From Fistulifera solaris (lineage: Eukaryota), in contig AP026162.1 of the NCBI GenBank assembly GCA_030295235.1, positions 1,984,001 through 2,048,000 on the forward strand: a stretch of DNA of 64,000 nucleotides, read 5' to 3'. The notes beneath the pieces were generated by a model that was given only the letters and a program-made list of their open reading frames with translations, was not told the DNA's origin and searched no databases. Positions 1-10,810 of the stretch are shown piece by piece. The position numbers were made by a program, and so were the translations under genes. Position 1 is the first letter of the stretch, and the number at the start of each line of letters is the position of its first letter.

Positions 1-218
1 GCGCCACAAAAACAATGCCACCGACAAGCACGCATCACACGCATCAGTGAAATACATGCTGATGACCGACTATGACTATCCACTTACTTCAACTACAGTA
101 ACTTAATTCTAAAAATAATCTAGCTCCAAACACATACGGAGTATTTTTTTATTTTTTAAAAAAAGTTAAGCAATACTGGTAGTCTCGTTTGTCATAGATG
201 ACTTCGTGCATCCTTGAA

Positions 219-1500
219 AATTTACTATGACACGGGGTGTTGGTTTACGCCTGCCAAGACTGGAATGTACAGTAGTCATGAACTGAACAACAAAGGAATA
301 TGTTTTGCGTCTCTCGCATCCGTCCATTGTCATTCAACTGCAATTATAATCATAATTACGCGGGTAAATAAAGCTGCAACAATGATGACTCTGAACTACT
401 TGTTAAGCGTTTCTATTATTTTCAAGTCGAAAATCCGAGGATCAATGCCTAGAATTTCCACTATGAACCGGAGTGTTGGTTTACGCCTGCCAAGACTGTG
501 TTGTACAGTAGTCACGAATCATGAACCGAACAACAAAGGATTATGTTTTGCGTCTCTCGCATCCGTCCATTGTCATTCAACTGCAAATATAATCATAATT
601 ACGGGTAAATAAAGTCGCAACAATGATGATTCTGAACTACTCACTCGTCTACGATTTTCTTTTCTTTTCACGTCTATAATCCGAGGATCGATGAATTAAT
701 TTTCCACTATGCAACGGCGTGTTGGTTTACGCCTGCCAAGACTGTGTTGTACAGTAGTCACGAATCATGAACCGAACAACAAAGGATTATGTTTTGCGTC
801 TCTCGCATCCGTCCATTGTCATTCAACTGCAAATATAATCATAATTACGGGTAAATAAAGTCGCAACAATGATGATTCTGAACTACTCACTCGTCTACGA
901 TTTTCTTTTCTTTTCACGTCTATAATCCGAGGATCGATGAATTAATTTTCCACTATGCAACGGCGTGTTGGTTTACGCCTGCCAAGACTGTGTTGTACAG
1001 TAGTCACGAATCATGAACCGAACAACAAAGGATTATGTTTTGCGTCTCTCGCATCCGTCCATTGTCATTCAACTGCAAATATAATCATAATTACGGGTAA
1101 ATAAAGTCGCAACAATGATGATTCTGAACTACTCACTCGTCTACGATTTTCTTTTCTTTTCACGTCTATAATCCGAGGATCAATGCCTCGAATTTCCACT
1201 ATGCAACGGCGTGTTGGTTTACGCCTGCCAAGACTGTGTTGTACAGTAGTCACGAATCATGAACCGAACAACAAAGGATTATGTTTTGCGTCTCTCGCAT
1301 CCGTCCATTGTCATTCAACTGCAAATATAATCATAATTACGGGTAAGTAAAGTCGCAACAATGATGATTCTGAACTACTTGTCTACGATTTTCTTTTCTT
1401 TTCACGTCTATAATCCGAGGATCGATGAATTAATTTTCCACTATGCAACGGCGTGTTGGTTTACGTCAGCCAAGACTGGATTGTACAGTAGTCATGAATC
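219..1500 (+). repeat. Tandem array 1, ~246-bp unit, 5 units plus a terminal core
   Basis: GTGTTGGTTTACG recurs at 237, 473, 719, 965, 1211 and 1453 (spacing 236, 246, 246, 246, 242). Central units are near-identical and terminal units more diverged. Confidence 0.97.
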
Positions 1501-2430
1501 ACAATTGTTTCACTTGTCGTGACGCTTGGTGACGATGCCTTTCACAAAAACAAAACGTCGCCTTTGACATAACAACAAAGCAATGTCGAGTTCATTACCA
1601 TCTTTGGCTCCTCTTACTATACTAAATGAAATCAATAAACAGGTGTTTCTGCTTCGTTTTCTCTTTAACAGCGGCTAAAGCAACAATCAACCGTCAAACA
1701 TCTTTGAAGCAGACGGAAATTCTGTATATACGTTGGAGCCTAGTTGACACAAACGCTTGCATAGATAACTGAGAAATGTGTGATGGCACGGAGAAGAAGA
1801 GAATCAGAAGCGTTGAAACCGAAGCCATGCACGGCTTATCGAAATCCGGCACCCCGGCCGGAGGCTGGCCGTCTTCTACAACTGTCCTGCATCAGAAGGT
1901 CGAGCATGTAGTTTCTCCGCGTACGCAAAAATGTGGGCATGTTATGTTTTCACCTCCACAGAGATTCAGGGTATTGGAATTGGAACCGATGGCTGATACC
2001 GTCTGCGTCATTTGTTGTTACTTTGCACTTTGCACTCACAGAAAATCTGAGGTCATTTTTCCAACGGCACTTAATTGCAGTCATGGTACGACATTTACGA
2101 TTTTTGGTGGCGGTTGAATTACTCTCTCCGCCCAAGAGTACATGCACCAACCCGCGGAGTGCACGCTCAAAAACACGGAGGGAGCAAAAAGGACGAAAAA
2201 GCCACGACGAAACGGACGCAAAGCTGTGATGACCGCAAGCTCACTGTTAAAGACAATAAAATTGGTCAATCAACAAGATCAGTCTTCCTTTCTTCTCTAG
2301 AGTAGCCTATTCTCATAGTGCGATTGCATACGCTTCGATAGGGAAACAGCGGAGCAAACCGAAGAGTTGCTTGGAGACTTTGCAATAGATCCTCTTTCTT
2401 TTCAGTTTCGAAGAATCATCGCCGTGCAAG

Positions 2431-4546
2431 ATGGATTTTTCTGTTGTGGCAGCAGTCGGCTCGTTTTTCATGTCAGAGCGTGTCTTAAAGCCTAAGGCGA
2501 CAGTCTTGGTTCTTCTGGGATGCGTACTGACGTATGACTTGACAACAAAGACTCACGACGTGGCCAGTTTGCGCGTCTACCGAGGTAAGTAGACCGTTGG
2601 CAGTATTTATTTTTATTTGAAAGACGCAAGCTAATTCAGTTCGAATACGAAAGGACCTGCACTGCTGGCCTTCACCTTGATGATGGTTGCATTCTCGTTA
2701 CGGACTTGGAGGCGAAATGGAGTTGCTTGTGATGAGTTATTATTTTTGCCGGGCACGTCCTATGCAGAATCACAAAGATCTAGTAACGAGGTGCCTTCGG
2801 CGGAAGGTGATCTAGCAGGTGGATCAGCATGGAACTTGGATTCGGCTGAGCCTATTTTGGAAATGACAAATCAGGTTACAAGTACGAGTCGCCATCGTCC
2901 CCGCTCATTGTCACGCGATAGCTCCCTTTCTTCGATTCGAGAGTTTGCAAAAGCTGGGACGACGAAGAAAACGCCCCAGAAAACGATCAAGAGCGCGTTC
3001 CACTAAGTGTTAATGAACAAGATATAAGGAGAACGGGAAGTAATGTTACAGTGGCAAGGAGTCCGGGCGGCTCCAATGAAATCGTGCACCCACCAGATGC
3101 CGTTGATCGTTTTCGCGAGAATCACCCGCGGATTACAGGTCTTGGAAGTTTCTTCTTTTTCGCAACTCGACAACTAGCACACAAAGTGCGGCGTACGCCC
3201 CCTCTGGCCCTTCGGTGGTCGGTGCTGCCCTTGATCTTTCAATGCCGATTTTGTTCAATTTTCATCTGTTCATTGAAGCTTTCAACCACTACGACAATCA
3301 CGGTGGACCCGAAACACCTGCAAAAATACTGCCTTTGATTTTCTTGAGTGTCTTGCTGGTACGGACAACCATACCACCCGGACGTCGAGGTCGGTTTTGG
3401 GGGACAATGATGTTCATTTTCATGGCGCCACTTCACGCCAGCCAATTTCGTGACTCCTATTTGGGCGACGTGGTGACATCTCTAGTGCGTCCATTGCAAG
3501 ACGTTATGTTTGCATTGGCTTATTATGTCACAGTTGTCTATGGTAGTTTGTCGGGGGACTATGGATTGTCGGACAGCGGCAGAATTCTCGGGTCGAGTCG
3601 CGTTCTACATAATGTTGTATTGCCATCGTGTTCTCTTCTGCCTCTTTGGTGGAAGTTTCTGCAAACATTGCGAGAGTGCTACGATACGGAGAAGCGCTGG
3701 CCTCATTTGGGAAACGCCTTCAAGTATTTGTCGGCAGCGTTAGTGATCATGTATGGAATGACCCATCCCGAGGAGCGATGGGGCCCGCAATGGATTTTTG
3801 CGTTCATAGTTGCGGTGCTTTATCAAATCTGGTGGGATACAATTATGGATTGGGAGCTCTTCGTAGTGGTGCCGCGACAAGAGGAGCATCTCGCAGAGAG
3901 CACCTGTTTCACGCGTATATCGTCAGTCAGACCCAACTCGTACATTCTATTGAATCTACAGCGTTACATCATTCAACCCACACGTGATATAATATGGCTT
4001 GCATTGAGCTATATACCGAGCTGGAAGCAGATTCAGCTAAGACCACAGAGACTTTACAAGGATGAGGCATTTTACTGGAGAATATTTGCCTACAACTGTG
4101 TTTTCCGAGCGGCATGGATGCTATGCTTCATTCCCTCATATCACCTCGACGGAAGAAGTTTCAGCGCTGACACCCACACATATGTCGGAGTCCTATTACC
4201 AGTCATTGAAATCTTACGACGAACATTTTGGGGCTTCTTGCTCTTGGAAGTCAAAACAATTCAAATGACTAATTCCACGGCAGCCTACAATTCTGTTGAA
4301 TGCCGAGAAGATGCAGATGTATCCGTAGACTCAGATGACAACAGCAAACACGGAGCGCGACAGTTTCTCCCTTCGTGGCTCGGTAATCAGCAGCAGCTAC
4401 ACCACGATGCTGCTACAATTTCGTCTAGGGTTAATATGAAAGATCTTTTTGATTTTGACGAAGCAACACGGCACAAGTTATTCCTTGCCGAGCTGTCGAC
4501 CTGGGCGCTTGCATTTATCGGATTGGGGCTGTGGGTAACAACGTGA
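2431..4546 (+). CDS. EXS (ERD1/XPR1/SYG1) family multi-pass membrane protein
   Basis: ORF 3215-4546 has EXS motifs (FRDSYLGDVVTS, LPLWWKFLQTLR, HLGNAFKY, WWDTIMDWEL, EILRRTFWGFL). A probable first exon runs from ATG 2431 with a GTAAGT donor at 2585. The 5' part is broken by frameshift(s) and the start is uncertain. Confidence 0.85.
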
Positions 4547-5033
4547 AGGGGAGCCTGTGGGATGCGAATTGAGATAGACGACTTGTGACAGAACAGTGCA
4601 AACGCTCGAACCAAACAAGATACTTACCCATGATTACTAACAATCATGCACGTTGTCTTTGACGAACCTAGTCAAATATCGAGCGGTTTCATTCCGTACA
4701 TTGTCGCGGTCGTCCAATTTCGAGCTCACTTGGACCACGTGTTGTGTGAAGGAGAAGTGTACTGGTATTGCTCCTGACGGAGTGTCACTTAAGGGTTGGA
4801 TTAGGCTTAGAATAAGAAGAAGATCGCCTGTTCAACGAACGGATCGAATAAGAGCGAATAAGCCGTCATAAGTCATAAGCGATTACCATCGCTTCGATAA
4901 AGGATGAGTTAGCCATCACTATTAACAACCGCTACAAATATGCTTCATTTGATCATCTTCAGCAGCATCAGGAAATTGTTAGGGCGTCGAAATTCCTTGC
5001 GAAATCGTATTCTTTCGTGCTATCCTAGTATTG

Positions 5034-5296
5034 ACTATAGGGCCAATATGTAGATTACTTATCTGCACGACTGCTTTTTAGCCATGAGTCAATATTACAC
5101 AGCACACTGCTCCGCAAACCCCTTTGCGTCGACAACCTGGTAAGCTACATTTATTATAAGATGATATCATATTCTTTAGCAGCAAGTGCAAACCTTTCTA
5201 AAGTAGTTACTGACGTCGAAGTTTTTCCGGGTCGTTGTCTTTCGTACTTACTATAAACCAAAGTGTACATTTAGCCATGACTGCACTTTAGTCACG
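5034..5296 (+). repeat. Degenerate two-core relic of the array family (cores 216 bp apart)
   Basis: ACTATAG-N28-GACTG..TTTAGCCATG at 5034 has the same spacing as the array 3 core. ACTATA..CAAAGTGTA..TGACTGCACTTTAGTCACG sits at 5250. Confidence 0.6.
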
Positions 5297-5402
5297 AGAA
5301 CGAATGACACACCAAGAACCAAGAATAAACTCGATATGCTTTGATGCTTTTGATGATGCATGGCAGTCGGCATGCTCAATGCTTTGTGTGCAATCTTTAA
5401 TC

Positions 5403-6470
5403 ATGCCCAAGATGAATCATCGCCTTCTGCATCAGAGACTAACGAAACTCGCAAAAGAATTTGTTCTCTTTCTCCTCATAGCCCTCTTCGAGCGCCCATG
5501 CGTGACATCTTTGTCTCTTTCGACGACACGACGACAAATTTTACTCCAGCCCATCGTCCTGGGGTCTTTGGCAGCACCACAAAACGCCAACGCCGCCAGA
5601 GGAGCAGCCGAACTGGATCTCGAGTTTTACGTTCGCGACTTTATCGGTGGCAACCGTCCCGAGGGGAATGTACAAGCTTCGACTCTTCCGATATTGGCAC
5701 CTCCCCGAACACTCTCGCCATTCTTTGAGAAAGTTTTGAACAAAGAATGCTCAATAGATTGCTTGGCCACGCAACAATTGATCGCACAGATCCAGAGACG
5801 AGACCAAAAACGTGAAACTGCCTTGTTAGAAAAAGAGATACACCGACAAGCGCATACAATCGGAGAAGGTGCTAGGAAGAGCTTCTATAGTAGAGCTCCG
5901 TGGGAGAGTGAAACCATGACAGATCAGTACTTTTTTGATTTGACAGCTTATTCATTTTGGAAAACTGCTGCTGTCCTGCTTCCTAATTTTGCGGATCGAG
6001 ACATGTTCGTGCGCAATTTAGGTCGCTCAATCTACCAAAGCCTCCGTGACGAACGCCTTCTCCAAACAAAATGCCGAGAGGAGAGTTTGTCGAGCTCCAT
6101 TCCCTGTGTCGTTGCGGTGCTAGACTGTTTCGTCTCCACCAACTTTTGCAAAGCCTATCGGCTGGGTGAAAAGATTGACGACGAGTATCTTTTTTTGGAC
6201 GACATTGACAACCAAGCGTGGTCGAACGGTGTCTCGGTGGATTGCTTACTGAGCATCTTTGAATCGGCCACACTGGGATCAAGCTTGCAAATTACCGGTG
6301 AGCAATCTCGATTCATTCCCGACCTCGTGGGTCCCACAATTGCCGCGGTATGGGATACACAATCGACCGTGCAATGGGAAAGTTACTTTGTGGACCCCGA
6401 GTACCGTCCCAATCCAAAGGATTACTTTCCAAACGAACAGCTATTTCAATACACTTTAGCGAAACGATGA
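5403..6470 (+). CDS. Conserved hypothetical protein, probably plastid/thylakoid-lumen targeted
   Basis: Long ORF (5304-6470, true start probably later). It has a hydrophobic signal segment, then TTRRQILL (twin-arginine), a hydrophobic stretch and an ANA|A lumenal peptidase-type site. Confidence 0.7.
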   Translation: MPKMNHRLLHQRLTKLAKEFVLFLLIALFERPCVTSLSLSTTRRQILLQPIVLGSLAAPQNANAARGAAELDLEFYVRDFIGGNRPEGNVQASTLPILAPPRTLSPFFEKVLNKECSIDCLATQQLIAQIQRRDQKRETALLEKEIHRQAHTIGEGARKSFYSRAPWESETMTDQYFFDLTAYSFWKTAAVLLPNFADRDMFVRNLGRSIYQSLRDERLLQTKCREESLSSSIPCVVAVLDCFVSTNFCKAYRLGEKIDDEYLFLDDIDNQAWSNGVSVDCLLSIFESATLGSSLQITGEQSRFIPDLVGPTIAAVWDTQSTVQWESYFVDPEYRPNPKDYFPNEQLFQYTLAKR

Positions 6471-6652
6471 TGACGACGTTGCAACAATCACATGTGCTAG
6501 TTACAACAGGATGATGTTACCACAATGCAATGACTATAATCGCTGCAAAATTCATTGTCTATAAACTTGCTATCGTCATCAATTTGTGCGTTTCTAATAA
6601 GGTCGTCTATAACTATTATTTTGCTTGAATTGTCTGATATTCAGCGCGTTCT

Positions 6653-7243
6653 TTATTTAACAGCGATGGGTGTAATCGCGGGGGCTGACATTGGTTGGTC
6701 TTTGGGTAAAGAAGCTTGACTGGTCGTCAGAGCCGGTCGTTGCAGGTTCCGACTCGCCTCACGTCCTCGATACGTTCCAGCCTTTACGACTGCTTGTACG
6801 TGATGCTCTAAATGCGTCGCATAAAACTTTCCTGCCTTGGTTCGATATCGAATGCTGGCATTGGGGGACGATCGACCAAGGTGATGACGATCAAAGAAGC
6901 CTTCCAATTGCGCGTTTCCTCCTTCCAGTAAACTCAAAATCTGCGCATGCGTCCAGGCGTCCATACCAATGGATCGCACAATCGATGTGCCGACTCCGTA
7001 CGAGCGGTGACGGCCACTGCATTGGAGACAGACGAGTGCCCCAAAGGTCACCGAAGCCCATTCCGGATGGTTGCGACCACAATCCATGCAACACTGATTG
7101 CCGGGGAGTGATCGTATGAAACGACGGCATGCGGGAGGAATGGGAGCCGCGCTGTCAGGACGGTTGTGGTGGATGCGAAAACGCTCCAATTCATTCGCCG
7201 CATCGGCGAGTAGTTGGGGGCACACGTTATTCTCGTTGGTCAT
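6653..7243 (-). CDS. ADP-ribosylation factor GTPase-activating protein (ArfGAP)
   Basis: CMDC-x16-CLQCSGRHR zinc finger, WASVTFG and VRSIGMDAW motifs. Confidence 0.95.
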   Translation of the reverse strand: MTNENNVCPQLLADAANELERFRIHHNRPDSAAPIPPACRRFIRSLPGNQCCMDCGRNHPEWASVTFGALVCLQCSGRHRSYGVGTSIVRSIGMDAWTHAQILSLLEGGNAQLEGFFDRHHLGRSSPNASIRYRTKAGKFYATHLEHHVQAVVKAGTYRGREASRNLQRPALTTSQASLPKDQPMSAPAITPIAVK

Positions 7244-7699
7244 GATAGTTGTTGTTGGCGTCGATCGTGGAGGAGAACTCGAATTGTGAGCTCAAAGGAT
7301 GGAGTCTTGTGTGGTCTCCAAGGGGTCCGGTTTTCTTAGATGAAAAACCTTTTCGAGTGTATTGTCGGTTTTATATTCGAGAGCAGTTTTCAAGAGACCA
7401 GTTTTCACCCAAATGTTAGTCGACTTTTGGTGCGAACGAAAACGTTTGGCGTTTTGACGTTTTCGCGGAGTGTCTTGGCTGGTCGGAGTTTCTTTCCCGT
7501 ATCACCTTCTTACACTTTATGAGTAGAGTGGAACAATTCCCGACTAAAAAGTTCCGCCGTTTGGGCGAGCCAAATTCTTCGTCCTTCCGTCCGTCGTCCG
7601 TCCACGTCGAAAGAATATGGGTGTAACAACGTAACTATGGTTGAGTCAGCGTGGTCTCACTTTTAGTTTTACTTCCACCAAAGCCTCCCATTAGCTCTA

Positions 7700-9466
7700 T
7701 TACATTATAATTGACGCTTGTTTGCTTTCAAAACGTGAAATAGCGTAAAGATATATTGCTTCGAATGTCTACGTGATTTCACGTAGGCCTATCGTAGGGA
7801 AACTTATCGACAGAGGGGAACCCGGATATCATTCAGTTCGAACAAACCATTCCTTCGCGATCTACCGTTTCCCTTCTGAGCGTACCAGATACGTCGTACA
7901 ACTGATCCTCGTGTTAGACAAGCATAGTAGAGAAAGTAATACTATAAAGGACAAGTTTCAAAAAAAAAATTTTTTGTTGCCGTTTGGTCCCCTTGTCAAT
8001 ATTTCACTTCTACCAACACCTCTCATGAATTTTATGACATTACAATTGACGATTGTTAGATTTCAAAACGTGAAATAGCGTAAAGACTCAATGCTTCGAA
8101 TGTCTACGTGATTTCACTTAGGCCTCGTAAGGAAATTTATCGACAGAGGGGGAACCCGGATATCATACAGTTCGAACAAACCATTCTGTGTGGCCGTTTA
8201 GGTCCCCTTGTCAATATTTCACTTCTACCAACACCTCTCATGAATTGTATTACATTAGGTCTACATGGGACGTTTGTTGGATTCAAAACGAGACGAAGAA
8301 CATAAACTCAATGCTTCGAAAGTCTACGTGATTTCACGTAGGCCTCGTGAGGAAATTTATCGACAGAGGGGGAACCCGGATATCATACAGTTCGAGCAAA
8401 CCATTTTGTGTGGCCGTTTAGGTCCCCTTGTCAATATTTCACTTCTACCAACACCTCTCATGAATTGTATTACATTAGGTCTACATGGGACGTTTGTTGG
8501 ATTCAAAACGAGACGAAGAACATAAACTCAATGCTTCGAAAGTCTACGTGATTTCACGTAGGCCTCGTGAGGAAATTTATCGACAGAGGGGGAACCCGGA
8601 TATCATACAGTTCGAGCAAACCATTTTGTGTGGCCGTTTAGGTCCCCTTGTCAATATTTCACTTCTACCAACACCTCTCATGAATTTTATGACATTACAA
8701 TTGACGATTGTTAGATTTCAAAACGTGAAATAGCGTCAAGACTCAATGCTTCGAATGTCTACGTGATTTCACTTAGGCCTCGTAAGGAAATTTATCGACA
8801 GAGGGGGAACCCGGATATCATACAGTTCGAGCAAACCATTTTGTGTGGCCGTTTTGGTCCCCTTGTCAATATTTCACTTCTACCAACACCTCTCATGAAT
8901 TGTATTACATTAGGTCTACATGGGACGTTTGTTGGATTCAAAACGAGACGAAGAACATAAACTCAATGCTTCGAAAGTCTACGTGATTTCACGTAGGCCT
9001 CGTAGGGAAATTTATCGACAGAGGGGGAACCCGGATATCATACAGTTCGAACAAACCATTTTGTGTCGCCGTTTAGGTCCCCTTGTCAATATTTCACTTC
9101 TACCAACACCTCTCATGAATTTTATGACATTACAATTGACGATTGTTAGATTTCAAAACGTGAAATAGCGTAAAGACTCAATGCTTCGAATGTCTACGTG
9201 ATTTCACTTAGGCCTCGTAAGGAAATTTATCGACAGAGGGGGAACCCGGATTTCATACAGTTCGAACAAACCATTCTGTGTGGCCGTTTAGGTCCCCTTG
9301 TCAATATTTCACTTCTACCAACACCTCTCATGAATTTTATGACATTACAATTGACGATTGTTAGATTTCAAAACGTGAAATAGCGTAAAGACTCAATGCT
9401 TCGAAAGTCTACGTGATATCACGTAGGCGTCGTAGGGAAATTTATCGACAGAGGGGGACCCCGGAT
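7700..9466 (+). repeat. Tandem array 2, 215/220-bp units of two variants, 8 cores
   Basis: Core TCGAAWGTCTACGTGATTTCACKTAGG at 7761, 8096, 8316, 8536, 8751, 8971, 9186 and 9401, containing the palindrome CTACGTGA-TT-TCACGTAG. Confidence 0.97.
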
Positions 9467-9551
9467 TGCGGCCGCACACGATCGAGAATAATTTTGTTGC
9501 ATTTCAAACGAACTTGCAATATAAGCAGGAAGACGAACGGAATATGTCAGA

Positions 9552-10697
9552 ATGACAAGCATTCATGACCTTATTGAACCTTTCGGTGAGGAAACTATTA
9601 CAGAGCTCTGTCGTTTCGGTAATGCGACGCTGACGCGAGGAGCGTTCGGCCATATTTCGCTCGCTTTGCGATCGACCGACCCGAAATATGAGCTGGTGGT
9701 GATCAAAACGATTCAAGTCAACAATCGAGAGACGGATGCCTTTCATGAAATTAAGACACTTCTTGCGTTACAAAGAACCGACCAGAATGAACCGCATCCC
9801 AATATAGTCAAACTGCTGGCCGTGTACGCCAAGAATCCATCGTCCTTGGCCTTGGCGTTCGAATACTGTCCCGTAGATCTGTCTTTGTCGTTGGAATGGA
9901 GACGTCGGCGAAGGAAACATCCGAGGTTGTTACAGATGAATATCATTCGACTCATTGCGCGGGATATTTTGAATGCTCTTTCCTTTTGTCATGAAAAGGG
10001 GATCGTTCATCGTGATGTCAAGCCCGGAAATCTACTCGTGTCGCAAGACGGATACGTACGACTCTGTGACTTTGGTTTGGCGCGATCGTGTGCTGATGAC
10101 GACTCCCAAGGCCTCTGTACATTGTTTTATAGGTCCCCCGAAAGTTTGTTGGGGGATACGCAAAACTGTCGTCCCGCATTGGATAGTTTCGCCGCCGGAC
10201 TTATTGTCGCCGAACTCTGTTTGGGTCGCACATTGTGGGAAGGTACCAATGAAATGGAGCAATTGGGATTCATCTTTCGTTCGCTGGGGACACCGCACGA
10301 GCATCATTGGCCGGGTGCGCTGCAGCTCGTGGAAACGTACCATTATGGGAGATTGCCGTTTGCGTCAACGGGTCCTCAGCTTTGGCGTTCCATGGTACCG
10401 CGTGTGATGGAAAGTGCTCATTTGGAAGATTTCGTGGCATTGACCGTGGCTTTGGATCCGGAGAAACGCATGTCTGCCAAACAGGCCATGGAACACCCAT
10501 GGTTGTGCCATGCCGCCGTGGTCGAGAGGACCAGTCTTCTTTGTGAACTAGTCCCCGACGAATTGGATGCCCCATTGTTTCTGTCTTCTCCAAACGAAGC
10601 GTCGTCCGCATTGGACGAAGTTCCAGTTCGTCAAGTATTGGGTTTAGCGGAGCGGAGGAGGGCGTTCCTCTCGCAATTTGACACATGGAAGGATTAA
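9552..10697 (+). CDS. CDK-related (CMGC) Ser/Thr protein kinase
   Basis: RGAFG, VIK, HPNIVKL, HRDVKPGN, DFGLAR, TLFYRSPE, LGTP..HWPG and LDPEKR motifs. Confidence 0.92.
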   Translation: MTSIHDLIEPFGEETITELCRFGNATLTRGAFGHISLALRSTDPKYELVVIKTIQVNNRETDAFHEIKTLLALQRTDQNEPHPNIVKLLAVYAKNPSSLALAFEYCPVDLSLSLEWRRRRRKHPRLLQMNIIRLIARDILNALSFCHEKGIVHRDVKPGNLLVSQDGYVRLCDFGLARSCADDDSQGLCTLFYRSPESLLGDTQNCRPALDSFAAGLIVAELCLGRTLWEGTNEMEQLGFIFRSLGTPHEHHWPGALQLVETYHYGRLPFASTGPQLWRSMVPRVMESAHLEDFVALTVALDPEKRMSAKQAMEHPWLCHAAVVERTSLLCELVPDELDAPLFLSSPNEASSALDEVPVRQVLGLAERRRAFLSQFDTWKD

Positions 10698-10810
10698 TGA
10701 CAGAGGACGTTCATCCCTTACTTCTACAGTACTGTAAAAATCAAGATTCTTTTCCACAGCGTTTACGCCCGTTCGTCTAATATTTACAAATTCTAGCTTG
10801 GAAACAATGG

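Noticed and set aside
1740..2330. Short overlapping ORFs upstream of the EXS gene
   Set aside because: No recognisable motifs on either strand. A small frameshifted gene cannot be excluded, so the promoter context of array 1 is left unassigned.
4760..4790. CTGGTATTGC resembling the U2 snRNA 3' loop
   Set aside because: The highly conserved U2 5' and branch-point recognition sequence is absent.
7773..9383. Repeated short ORFs (MISLRPRKEIY.., MGRLLDSKRD..) and ORF 214-612
   Set aside because: By-products of the DNA repeats: non-ATG or inconsistent starts, and unit lengths of 215/220 bp are not multiples of three.
219..9466. Tandem arrays as CRISPR arrays
   Set aside because: Whole 215-246 bp units repeat nearly identically, with no unique 25-45 bp spacers and no cas genes, in a eukaryotic context.
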